A stretch of DNA of 27,115 nt from a virus (lineage: Duplodnaviria; Caudoviricetes), in the IMG/VR virus record IMGVR_UViG_3300034374_005377, positions 1-27,115 of that record; one strand, given 5' to 3'. Shown one piece after another: positions 18,073-25,659 of the stretch. The notes beneath the pieces are model-generated. The model had not been told where the DNA came from, searched no databases, and saw nothing but the letters and a program-made list of their open reading frames with translations. Position numbers and translations under genes: made by a program. Within the stretch, counting starts at the first letter, position 1. Each line of letters starts with the position of its first letter.

Positions 18073-18578
18073 TGCGAATACCTCCTCTCAATTAGGTGGC
18101 GCCATAGCCACTCTATCGGCTTCAGCTCATGGGCTTCCATCACCAAACGCTCCCCGTACCCGAAGTCATGCGTTTTCGCGTGAGCATGAAACAGCTTTTT
18201 TCCTATCGCCCCCCAGATGCGCATTGAGCTTGGATCATCCGTCTTGCTCACCAGCACCGCGCAATCCGCTTTAAACTTCTCCATGTTGTCAAAGATAAGC
18301 GGACCACCATCCCTGTTTGTGAATTTCACGTCAATTGAAACGTCATCAAACCAGAGGTCAACACCGCCGTCAGTCAGGACATTAACTGTTGGCAAGTCAG
18401 TACCAAGCACCCTCGCAACGGCAAACTCAGCTTTGAATCCGTATATGTTTGCATCAACCCGCGACTGGCGTTCGTTTTCAAGTCTGGGTGGGAAGCCCTG
18501 CATCTCGCATAGCTTCACCGTATCGGCGCCCATCAGCTCTGAGGCATGAACATCCTGCCTGCTGAGGCGAACGAGCAT
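18069..18578 (-). CDS. Putative PD-(D/E)XK-fold nuclease
   Basis: 'G.KAE.AVA..L' helix followed by 'DGGVD....SIDVK' (D...DxK) restriction-endonuclease-like motif. Confidence 0.65.
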   Translation of the reverse strand: MLVRLSRQDVHASELMGADTVKLCEMQGFPPRLENERQSRVDANIYGFKAEFAVARVLGTDLPTVNVLTDGGVDLWFDDVSIDVKFTNRDGGPLIFDNMEKFKADCAVLVSKTDDPSSMRIWGAIGKKLFHAHAKTHDFGYGERLVMEAHELKPIEWLWRHLIERRYSQ

Positions 18579-18785
18579 TTATATGCCGCCCAACTCTGCC
18601 AGCTTGTTCTGGGCCTTCTTCAAATCCTCAATCGACGCCTCAATGATATCCAGAGTGTCCGCGTTCATATTGGATATGTCGGTTATCCTCTTGATGGCCT
18701 TGTCCAGCTCCTCCAGCCTCTCCAGTACAGCGGTCACAGCTTGCTCTGCCATGTCTCCCTCCAGTTCCACTTTAATTCTAGTCAC
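18579..18785 (-). CDS. Hypothetical coiled-coil protein (68 aa)
   Basis: Probable GTG start at 18785 overlapping the upstream TGA; heptad-like acidic helix; abuts the next gene. Confidence 0.65.
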   Translation of the reverse strand: MTRIKVELEGDMAEQAVTAVLERLEELDKAIKRITDISNMNADTLDIIEASIEDLKKAQNKLAELGGI

Positions 18786-19207
18786 ACCCTTCCCTCTTCT
18801 GCCGGCGGGACGTAGTAACCAATCTCTGCGGCAATGCGGCACAGCGTCTCTATTAGATCTGAATAGTCACCCCTAGAGGTTTCACTGCTACGCTTGGTCG
18901 GTCGTCGCCGAATGCCAAATTTGGTCGCATGCTCTGTCGAGCCGTAGCACTGGCAGAGCAGTTCCTCATGCATCTCATCAGGCGTCATCCCGCAGAACCG
19001 AGCAAATTCAGCGCAGTACTTGCGGTAGTAATTCTCCTGCGGTCTGGTCCGCTCGCTACGCAGGGGCTTGATCTCAATCGTGACCCCGTATGGCGCCTGC
19101 TTGTTGGTATCGATCAGCTCCTTGACGGAGTCGGGAAAGATTGAGGACAGATACTGGAACACGTTCATCAACTGGATGGACTTAGTTCGCGGAATGTGCA
19201 ACTGCAT
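18782..19207 (-). CDS. ninB: NinB/Orf-like recombination mediator
   Basis: 'R...Q..YY......A...G.T.DEMHE.L' and 'RSS..S...YS.LIE.....AAE.G..' resemble the lambda NinB family; lies in a recombination operon. Confidence 0.6.
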   Translation of the reverse strand: MQLHIPRTKSIQLMNVFQYLSSIFPDSVKELIDTNKQAPYGVTIEIKPLRSERTRPQENYYRKYCAEFARFCGMTPDEMHEELLCQCYGSTEHATKFGIRRRPTKRSSETSRGDYSDLIETLCRIAAEIGYYVPPAEEGRV

Positions 19208-19403
19208 TCTTTTGCTCCTTAGTTTGGTACGGACGAAATCGGTGAAGCGGACACTTGACTGAAGTACAGTCCCTGATGTCCTGCCTAAACCCCTGCTCTA
19301 ACTCTTCCTTTGTACACCCCATACAGGCCGCGCACATTGCCTTGATCGCCCGTTGGCGAGTCGGCTTGGCCTCGTACAAAATGAACGGATTCTGTTCACT
19401 CAT
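19182..19403 (-). CDS. Small Cys-rich (Zn-binding) hypothetical protein (73 aa)
   Basis: Likely start MSEQNPF at 19403; 'AIKAMCAACMG' ... 'IRDCTSVKCPLHRFRP'. Confidence 0.7.
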   Translation of the reverse strand: MSEQNPFILYEAKPTRQRAIKAMCAACMGCTKEELEQGFRQDIRDCTSVKCPLHRFRPYQTKEQKNAVAHSAN

Positions 19404-19719
19404 TGGTATGCCCCTTGATTGTGATGATGTCCTGCGCAACACGCCGCAGTAACGTCTGAATTATTAGGAATAAGAATTGCTCGCTCAGATCAACCTTCTT
19501 TTCAAACGTCGATCCATCAAACGCCACATCAAATGCGTGATGACATTTGTGGCACAGATCGGCGATGCAGAGGTCGTGGGGCTTGTGACCAGTGCCCTTA
19601 CCGAAACGATGCGATCTCATTCCGGTGTAGTGGGCGGCAACCACGGTGCCATCAGCGGCACCGCAGTTAACACATGACTGGCCCTTGGCCCCGTCGAGCA
19701 TTTTCTTTGATCTAATCAA
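19396..19719 (-). CDS. DUF1364-like / HNH-related Zn-binding putative nuclease
   Basis: 'AKGQSCVNC....TVVAAH....GKG.G.K..D...A.LCHKCH..FD'. Confidence 0.7.
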   Translation of the reverse strand: MIRSKKMLDGAKGQSCVNCGAADGTVVAAHYTGMRSHRFGKGTGHKPHDLCIADLCHKCHHAFDVAFDGSTFEKKVDLSEQFLFLIIQTLLRRVAQDIITIKGHTNE

Positions 19720-20036
19720 AATGGAATATCATCCTCTGACATCAGGATGGGCTGGGGTTGTGGTACGGGAGGAGGCGGCGGCGGGGCAGGCGCAGTCTCC
19801 TCTCCATCCCAGAATACTTCACCAGTCACATACTGGTATGGCTGACCGGTGTCTTGCGCCTTGCGGTCCCATGCGGCCAGCTTGATTTTGGGTGTCTCGC
19901 CTTTCTTTGCCATAGCAATCAGCCCTTTAAGTTGTTCGCGTGACAGCTCAACCCTGCCCGTTTTGTCGGGGTGATTGGCGGCTTTCTTTTCCGCATTTGG
20001 CCAAAGACCGCCTTCGCTTTTGTGGTACTTACTCAT
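19716..20036 (-). CDS. Putative ssDNA-binding protein (DUF736-like) with SSB-type acidic tail
   Basis: 'G.LW.N..K....HPD.TG' and 'LAAW.R....G..Y'; Pro-rich linker; C-terminal DDIPF identical to the bacterial SSB interaction tail; adjacent to sak. Confidence 0.75.
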   Translation of the reverse strand: MSKYHKSEGGLWPNAEKKAANHPDKTGRVELSREQLKGLIAMAKKGETPKIKLAAWDRKAQDTGQPYQYVTGEVFWDGEETAPAPPPPPPVPQPQPILMSEDDIPF

Positions 20037-20775
20037 TGGTTCCCTCCTTTTGGGTCTTGAGTGTTTGTCGCAGGGCAGTGAAGTGACCCTTCAACTGCTC
20101 ATAGTGCTCGTTGTAGTTTTGATCCAGCAGATCAATCACCTGTTTATTCTGCTTCCAGAAGTCAATCAGGTCTTGCTCGGTTCCTGTTGCGAACGTGTCA
20201 GCAGTACTCATCATGAACGCCAGCACGTTGTCAGCTTCTTCCTTGGACCCGATGTGGTTCTCGACAGGCTGTGCCTGCTCGGCAACCTCCTGCTTGATCG
20301 GCGTCACCTTCTGCACCGGCTCTTTCGCCTTGGCTGGCTTCTTCTCTGGTTTCGGCTCTGAGGGCGGCTCATCATCTGGCGGCAAGTCTTCGCCAGCATA
20401 GATGTAGTGGCCCAGACCGAACATGCCAATACACTTGGTCAGGCACCGCATGCGGGTGTCCGACACCTTCCGCATGTCAGGATTCTGGACCGCCTCATTC
20501 TTGTAATTCATTACCGGCAACCACATCGTGCGCTCCAGATCGCCGATCTTGACCCTGCACCAGACCTCGCAGAAGCCCTGCGCGTCACGTTGCTCGTTGA
20601 AAAACTCATAGGTTGCGTCAGGATAATGCTCCATCAGGATGCCCCAAGCCCAAGCCCAAGACAGGTAACTCAGACCGTTCTTGTTCTTTTTGTGCTCGTT
20701 GCAATCGACTTTGGAAAGGGTCTCCCATACCGACTGGTATGTCGGTTCAGAGGAGGTAGTTTTTTTTGTGCTCAT
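20029..20775 (-). CDS. sak: Sak / DUF1071 (Rad52-like) single-strand annealing protein
   Basis: 'LSYLSWAWAW', 'MWLPVMNYKN', 'MRCLTKCI.MFGLG.YIYAGEDLP'. Confidence 0.88.
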   Translation of the reverse strand: MSTKKTTSSEPTYQSVWETLSKVDCNEHKKNKNGLSYLSWAWAWGILMEHYPDATYEFFNEQRDAQGFCEVWCRVKIGDLERTMWLPVMNYKNEAVQNPDMRKVSDTRMRCLTKCIGMFGLGHYIYAGEDLPPDDEPPSEPKPEKKPAKAKEPVQKVTPIKQEVAEQAQPVENHIGSKEEADNVLAFMMSTADTFATGTEQDLIDFWKQNKQVIDLLDQNYNEHYEQLKGHFTALRQTLKTQKEGTNE

Positions 20776-20968
20776 TGCTTACTCCTAGTGTTTGCCATAC
20801 TTCCTTGGGTGTCATTTTGTAGAACTCGGCGGCGGTGATATTCCCAACATGCTTTTCGTTGAGATAGAACGCCAACACGGTCCCGTGAATGGTTATCTGT
20901 AACTTGTTTTTTGATTGTTGCATCATGCCAACAACCTTGAGGTAGAAATCAGGGTCTTGCGCTATCAC
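20747..20968 (-). CDS. Hypothetical protein (73 aa)
   Basis: GTGA overlap with the upstream stop; fills the operon gap before sak. Confidence 0.6.
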   Translation of the reverse strand: MIAQDPDFYLKVVGMMQQSKNKLQITIHGTVLAFYLNEKHVGNITAAEFYKMTPKEVWQTLGVSNEHKKNYLL

Positions 20969-21192
20969 TGTATCGGCTTCCTTCGACCCGCTGAGACCGC
21001 CCGAATGTTGAGAATCTCCTCAACGCAATCATCAAACAAATGCTCTTGTACATCGCAAGCGGGGTTTCTGGGGGCATCTCGCAACATGCCCTGCACTGTC
21101 ATGCGCAAGCATGAGAACACGTCATCCAAATGCCTGAGCACCTCCTGCTCGCCCGACTCTCTGGTTAATTCTTTCGCATCTGACTCACTCAT
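20965..21192 (-). CDS. Hypothetical protein (75 aa)
   Basis: ATG at 21192 in an ATGA overlap with the exonuclease stop, preceded by GGAGG. Confidence 0.6.
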   Translation of the reverse strand: MSESDAKELTRESGEQEVLRHLDDVFSCLRMTVQGMLRDAPRNPACDVQEHLFDDCVEEILNIRAVSAGRRKPIQ

Positions 21193-22049
21193 ATTTCCCT
21201 CCATTGGTCGCACCACTCAGCAACACGGCACCAGTTATCCTCGCATCTGGTGTACCGGCCCTCTCTGGTCTCGACAATCAAATCATCTTTCCCCTCTGCG
21301 TATTCACGCGCCTCATCCATTGAGTCAAATACCCTCAGCGCTCGCTTGTTGCCATCCTTTTTGACGGCAAACTGGTCAGCCTTTTTCCACCGCTCCTCAT
21401 CAGAGCACAGGGGTAATGGCTCGCCGGTCAGGCGCAGGAATTCCGCTTCGTCGTGCAAACGGACCCGTTCACGGACATAGCTATCCCTGTCTTGTTTACT
21501 CCAAAGCGGGATATCCACGATCACGATAGGCGCTTTCGGGTAATGAGCTTCGCCGGCCTTGTTGCGTTGCCAATCACGCAGGACCGCCACAATGTTCAGC
21601 GCCGACACCTCAGCGTCGTGATTCTGCTCGACTAGCCAAGCATAGAAGTTGAGTTGCTTGTCCCACTCCTTCTTGCCGTAGATGACTGACCAGACCGACG
21701 TGCATTTGTAGTCAAGGATGGTGACGGTGCCATCTTCCTCGGAGCGTTGCAGATCGATGGCGCCACTGATAAGCCAGTTATCGATCTCGGCAAACAGCCT
21801 TTCTTCCACGATGTGGCCGTCCGGTTGATGCTTTTCAAACATGTTGTGGACTGCGGTGCCAAGCACAGACCAGACCATGTCGGATGCATCCTCCTCAATA
21901 ACGCCATCATGCTCGGCTTTGAGAATGCGCACACGCGGAGAGTCGATCAGTTGAGTGACGGATCGATTGCTGTTGCCACGGCTGTAATCGCTGTGGGTCA
22001 GCGCCTGATAAACAGGCTCCGGTAGATTTGTGTGGTTGGTTATTCTCAC
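21189..22049 (-). CDS. PD-(D/E)XK (RecB/Cas4-like) exonuclease
   Basis: 'GTAVH...E', 'VEERL', 'ISGAIDL', 'ILDYKCT', 'QLNFYAWL' and a C-terminal Cys cluster; same operon as sak. Confidence 0.85.
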   Translation of the reverse strand: MRITNHTNLPEPVYQALTHSDYSRGNSNRSVTQLIDSPRVRILKAEHDGVIEEDASDMVWSVLGTAVHNMFEKHQPDGHIVEERLFAEIDNWLISGAIDLQRSEEDGTVTILDYKCTSVWSVIYGKKEWDKQLNFYAWLVEQNHDAEVSALNIVAVLRDWQRNKAGEAHYPKAPIVIVDIPLWSKQDRDSYVRERVRLHDEAEFLRLTGEPLPLCSDEERWKKADQFAVKKDGNKRALRVFDSMDEAREYAEGKDDLIVETREGRYTRCEDNWCRVAEWCDQWREI

Positions 22050-22276
22050 TGGATTCTAAACACTCGCATCTGTTCGCCGTCTCGCACTACGCTAAATTTT
22101 TTCGGGGGGTTGCGCCTTTGGAACCGCACCACTCGTTGGCGTAACGCTTGGACAAGTCGGGCGTCGTCTGACATAACAGGAGCGAGAAATGATTCGTTGA
22201 TCTCCATCTCCGAAAATGGTAACTCTGGCAAGCGGGTGCGTTGCGGGATTGGAATGTTCTGTTCGATCTTGATCAT
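22046..22276 (-). CDS. Small phage DNA-binding-like protein (76 aa)
   Basis: 'IKIEQNIPIP......PF..ME..ESF' and 'KFSV......MRVFRI', a common phage small-protein pattern; GTGA overlap with the exonuclease start. Confidence 0.75.
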   Translation of the reverse strand: MIKIEQNIPIPQRTRLPELPFSEMEINESFLAPVMSDDARLVQALRQRVVRFQRRNPPKKFSVVRDGEQMRVFRIQ

Positions 22277-22334
22277 ACAGCTCTCTCTCTTCAGATTCTT
22301 GAAGTTGGTAGACGTAGCGTCCCATTTTGCTCAT
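22092..22334 (-). CDS. Possible first gene of the leftward operon (MSKMGRYVYQLQE..., 80 aa), largely overlapping the next gene
   Basis: GAGGA RBS 8 nt upstream of ATG 22334, just downstream of a strong promoter; 185 nt overlap 22046-22276 in another frame. Confidence 0.4.
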   Translation of the reverse strand: MSKMGRYVYQLQESEERELYDQDRTEHSNPATHPLARVTIFGDGDQRIISRSCYVRRRPTCPSVTPTSGAVPKAQPPEKI

Positions 22335-22363
22335 GGATCGGTCCTCGTTGTGAACCAGTCGCA

Positions 22364-22393
22364 ATGATAATAGCGGGAAGAAAGAAATGTCAA
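22364..22393 (-). promoter_or_regulatory. Sigma70-type promoter for the leftward recombination operon
   Basis: Minus strand TTGACA (22393-22388), an 18-nt spacer, then TATCAT (22369-22364). Confidence 0.7.
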
Positions 22394-22788
22394 ACAATAT
22401 CGTAGAGATGGTGATTCATGGCGAGCCGTGTAGCAAAGCAAATAGCCGTAGACTTGTTAAGAGTAAGAGTGGCCGCCCGCTGTTTATCAAATCACAAAAA
22501 GCGCTCGACTATGTCAAGTCATTTCAGAAGCAATGCAGGAAAATTGAGCCGCCAGTCGAGAAAGATGTGGCGGTGCGCATCGTTATCTTTTATGCTAGCA
22601 GACGGCCTGACCTTGACGAATCTCTGATACTGGACTGCATGCAAGGCCCAATATACAAGAACGACAGGCAGGTTAAAGAGAAGCACATAATTTGGGGCGG
22701 GGTTGATAAAGACAACCCGAGGGCAGAAATCAGTGTCCGATATCTACAAGACGGTTTACAGCAAGGTAATATTCCAAGCGATTCGTGA
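22387..22788 (+). CDS. rusA: RusA-like Holliday junction resolvase
   Basis: 'GEP.SKANSRR' and 'RRPDLDESLILDCMQG.IYKNDRQV' acidic triad, plus 'NPRAEI.V'. The start could instead be ATG 22408. Confidence 0.82.
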   Translation: MSNNIVEMVIHGEPCSKANSRRLVKSKSGRPLFIKSQKALDYVKSFQKQCRKIEPPVEKDVAVRIVIFYASRRPDLDESLILDCMQGPIYKNDRQVKEKHIIWGGVDKDNPRAEISVRYLQDGLQQGNIPSDS

Positions 22789-22984
22789 TCTCGTTGGCGC
22801 ACAGCCGCAAGAAAAAGAAGACGCCGTCAAGTATTTACAATCCCCAGCATTCCTGATGCATTGCGACATCGCCGGTTTTCCGTCTGGGTTGCAGGATGCT
22901 CTGGATGAGATGTTACTACTCAGTAAAACTGAGCAGAAAGTCGTCGCCAAAATGGTGATGGAAGAGTTGACATCTAGTGTTTAA
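22733..22984 (+). CDS. Hypothetical protein (83 aa)
   Basis: Probable GTG start at 22733; 'VIFQAIRD....AVKYL.S..F..HCD.AG' pattern seen in small phage proteins. Confidence 0.65.
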   Translation: MSDIYKTVYSKVIFQAIRDLVGAQPQEKEDAVKYLQSPAFLMHCDIAGFPSGLQDALDEMLLLSKTEQKVVAKMVMEELTSSV

Positions 22985-23009
22985 AAAAATGCCCCCGATG
23001 GGCGGGGGC
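22983..23009 (-). terminator. Rho-independent terminator, leftward
   Basis: Minus strand GCCCCCG-CCCAT-CGGGGGC followed by ATTTTTTT. Confidence 0.7.
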
Positions 23010-23031
23010 GAGACTCAAGGAGGTTCATTCA

Positions 23032-23119
23032 CTAGTACTGTCCTAGTCTAGTACATTACTAAGTATATATAAATAGTAATGTTCTAAGCTGGTACTGTTC
23101 TAGTCTAGGACAGTTCTAG
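23032..23119. repeat. Five 15-bp quasi-palindromic repeats (consensus approx. CTAGTACWGTTCTAG) around an AT core; candidate replication origin
   Basis: Units at 23032, 23048, 23073, 23089 and 23105 (16-bp period within each group); GTATATATAA spacer at 23063-23072; directly upstream of the primase-helicase. Confidence 0.8.
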
Positions 23120-23159
23120 GGTCTACTCATATCACAAAAAAAGGGGGTAGGCAAGCATT

Positions 23160-24893
23160 ATGGATGCGCTGGAAGACTACGTTCTGAGCTACAACACGGA
23201 CGCCAGAGTGAGGTGTCCCGATTGTGGCGATCAGCGAAAGAAGAAAAACCAAAAAACATTTTCAATCACAATCAAGCCAGACAGTAACCTTTACCACTGC
23301 CATCATTGTGGTTTGTCGGGTGCTGTGCGGCGCAAAAAATTTTACGAGGCCCACATGGAGAAGGTAGTAAAGATACCCACGCAATTAAATTACAACGTGC
23401 AGTTGATACAGGATTTTTTTGGAGCGCGTAACGTGCATCTGGATACCCTTGAGGGGTTACCAGCAATGACCACCGGCATGAAATATTTCAACGGCGCTCA
23501 ACAGGAAGCAGTGGGTTTCATTTACGGGCCACGGGAAAACCCGACAGCGATCAAGTGGCGATCTGTTGAGGGCAAGGGATTTCTCTGCGATGGCGCCCCA
23601 AGATCATTTTACGGCATAGAAAACGTGGAGGAAACGGACGAGGATTTAACGATAGTCGAGGGGGAGTGTGATGTCATTGCCTTGGCTAGCGTTGGAATTA
23701 AGGCCGTTTCCTGCCCAAATGGTGCCCCCGCCAAGGTAAGCCAGAATCGGGTCTCTCCGGAGGAGGACAACAAGTTCTCGTATATCTGGGAGGAGAGGGA
23801 GCGTCTGGAGCGTGTCAAGCGCGTTATTCTGGCGACTGATAGCGATCAGGCAGGCGAGGCGCTGGCAGAGGAGATTGCCCGTCGAGTGGGTCGAGCCAAG
23901 TGCTGGCGGGTCAAGTTCCCCGAGGGCACGAAGGATGCAAACGATGCTGTTGACAAGTTAGGTGCAGAAGAAACACGCAGACTCTTCGATAACCCTGAGC
24001 CAGTTCCGCTGTCCGGAGTCTACGGTGCGTCAGAATATCTGAATGACATCAAAGACATCTACGCCAACGGACACGGTCGTGGGGCGTCCACCGGTTTCCC
24101 CACCATCGATGAGTTGTTCACCATAGCGGAGGGGCAGTTATCTATCGTCACGGGAATGCCGAGTTCGGGTAAGTCTGAGTTCATTGACCAGATCATGGTG
24201 AATCTGGCCCAGCGCGAGTCATGGAAGTTCGCCGTGTGTTCGTTTGAAAACCCGCCGCATATGCACATCGCCAAGCTGGCAGAGAAGGTGTCTGGCAAGC
24301 CGTTTTATGACGGGCTTGGCGCCAGAATGACAGAGGAAGAGCTGGATGAGGCGGTCAGCTTTATCAATGATCACTTTGTATTTCTGGAGTCAAAAGATGG
24401 CGGCATGAGCACCATCGACAGCGTCATTGAGCGCACCAAGCAGGCGGTTATGCGTCTGGGTGTGCGGGGGCTGATTATCGATCCCTATAACTATATTGAG
24501 CAAACAGGCACAGAAGAGCACAACGGCATCAGTCAAATGCTGAGTCGGATCACCGCATTTGCTAAGGCCCACGGCATCCATGTCTGGTTTGTCGCCCACC
24601 CCCAGAAGATGTATCCCCGTGAAGACGGCACCTATGCAGTGCCCAAGGGAATGAACATTTCCGGTTCGGCGGCATGGTTTGCCAAGGCAGATCTGGGCAT
24701 CACCGTTCACCGAGCGGAGGACTGCGTTGAGATACATTGCTGGAAGTCGAGGTTCAAGTGGACTGGTCAGCAGGGAGTTGCGTGTCTTACATATGAGTTG
24801 TCAAACGGTAGATATCACGACTGGTCTCCGCCAGTAGAGATCAAGACGATCAAGGGAGTTGACCGGAGTTGGGAGGATTTTGATGAGTTCTAG
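23160..24893 (+). CDS. Bifunctional primase-helicase (T7 gp4/Twinkle-like)
   Basis: Zn finger CPDC...CHHC; TOPRIM 'IVEGECD', 'ATDSDQAG', 'KDAND'; SF4 helicase Walker A 'GMPSSGKSEF', Walker B 'IIDPYN', 'VAHP.K' and 'KSRF'. Confidence 0.93.
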   Translation: MDALEDYVLSYNTDARVRCPDCGDQRKKKNQKTFSITIKPDSNLYHCHHCGLSGAVRRKKFYEAHMEKVVKIPTQLNYNVQLIQDFFGARNVHLDTLEGLPAMTTGMKYFNGAQQEAVGFIYGPRENPTAIKWRSVEGKGFLCDGAPRSFYGIENVEETDEDLTIVEGECDVIALASVGIKAVSCPNGAPAKVSQNRVSPEEDNKFSYIWEERERLERVKRVILATDSDQAGEALAEEIARRVGRAKCWRVKFPEGTKDANDAVDKLGAEETRRLFDNPEPVPLSGVYGASEYLNDIKDIYANGHGRGASTGFPTIDELFTIAEGQLSIVTGMPSSGKSEFIDQIMVNLAQRESWKFAVCSFENPPHMHIAKLAEKVSGKPFYDGLGARMTEEELDEAVSFINDHFVFLESKDGGMSTIDSVIERTKQAVMRLGVRGLIIDPYNYIEQTGTEEHNGISQMLSRITAFAKAHGIHVWFVAHPQKMYPREDGTYAVPKGMNISGSAAWFAKADLGITVHRAEDCVEIHCWKSRFKWTGQQGVACLTYELSNGRYHDWSPPVEIKTIKGVDRSWEDFDEF

Positions 24894-24905
24894 TCGTGAC
24901 GGGTG

Positions 24906-24959
24906 CCGGTTTGACCGGTTTTTCCAGTTTGCCCAGTTTGCCCAGCTTTTCCAGTTTTC
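24906..24959. repeat. Six tandem 9-bp repeats (approx. CCRGTTTKN)
   Basis: CCGGTTTGA CCGGTTTTT CCAGTTTGC CCAGTTTGC CCAGCTTTT CCAGTTTTC. Confidence 0.85.
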
Positions 24960-24973
24960 CGGGGAGCATCCTT

Positions 24974-25453
24974 ATGTCTGACAAGTCACACACAGACCTC
25001 GGCACGAAAGAAATTTACAAACGCCACGCCGTGATGGTCGAGGGCGGCACGATGCCTCGGGCCAAGGTGATGGATCAGACGCTGATCGACAGGTATCTCA
25101 TGGACGGTCTGATTTCTTTGTCGCAACATCAGGCCGCTGAATACATCATGAGTCAGGCGTTGCAGGCGGGGCTATACACCAAGCCCCTTAGCTCTGAGCC
25201 GTCATCCGGTGAGCGAGCCAAGGACGCCATCGCCACAGAGTCGCTGATGCGTTACGGGCGCACGCTGGACCTAATCAGCAAGCGGTTCGGCCCGTATCAC
25301 AAGTATCTGGTGGAGGAGGTCGTTCTGCATGGGTGGGACGTGTCTCTGGACGCCAAGAAAATGGGCACGCTGAAGGAGGGGTTGGATTGGATATCTGACC
25401 GGCGCTTGGCGGGTGGACGCAATCCATTAAAAAGACTGAGGGAAAGCAGGTGA
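24974..25453 (+). CDS. DUF6456-like putative transcription regulator (159 aa)
   Basis: GGAG RBS before ATG 24974 (the longer ORF-track start only adds the repeat); 'IDRYL..G.IS..QH.AAE' and 'VV......L.EGLD.I' motifs. Confidence 0.55.
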   Translation: MSDKSHTDLGTKEIYKRHAVMVEGGTMPRAKVMDQTLIDRYLMDGLISLSQHQAAEYIMSQALQAGLYTKPLSSEPSSGERAKDAIATESLMRYGRTLDLISKRFGPYHKYLVEEVVLHGWDVSLDAKKMGTLKEGLDWISDRRLAGGRNPLKRLRESR

Positions 25454-25659
25454 GTAGTTTTGATGAGCAAGTAGGCGGGGATCATTACAAGCGGTTCAAG
25501 ATACAGCCGCTGGAGTATGCGCTGGAAAATGGTTTGGGAATCTGCGAACACGCCGTGATCAAGTATGTGACCCGCTGGCGTGACAAGGGTGGTGCTGATG
25601 ACTTGTTAAAAGCAAGACACTACATTGACTTATTGCTGGAGTTTGAAAATGGGAAGTGA
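25450..25659 (+). CDS. DUF3310 family protein (T7 gp1.7 nucleotide kinase / SaV-like)
   Basis: 'QVGGDHYK...IQP.EY......G......IKYV.R...KGG..DL.KA.HYID.L'. Confidence 0.88.
   Translation: MSSFDEQVGGDHYKRFKIQPLEYALENGLGICEHAVIKYVTRWRDKGGADDLLKARHYIDLLLEFENGK

Noticed and set aside
17869-18183. 104-aa plus-strand ORF after the virion operon
   Set aside because: Antisense to the better-supported Zn-finger/TM microprotein and nuclease genes; no motif.
23032-23119. Possible mini-CRISPR array (palindromic repeats, Cas4-like nuclease ~1 kb away)
   Set aside because: The repeats are 15 bp with 1-bp gaps and no unique spacers; the nuclease is a standard phage recombination exonuclease in the sak operon.
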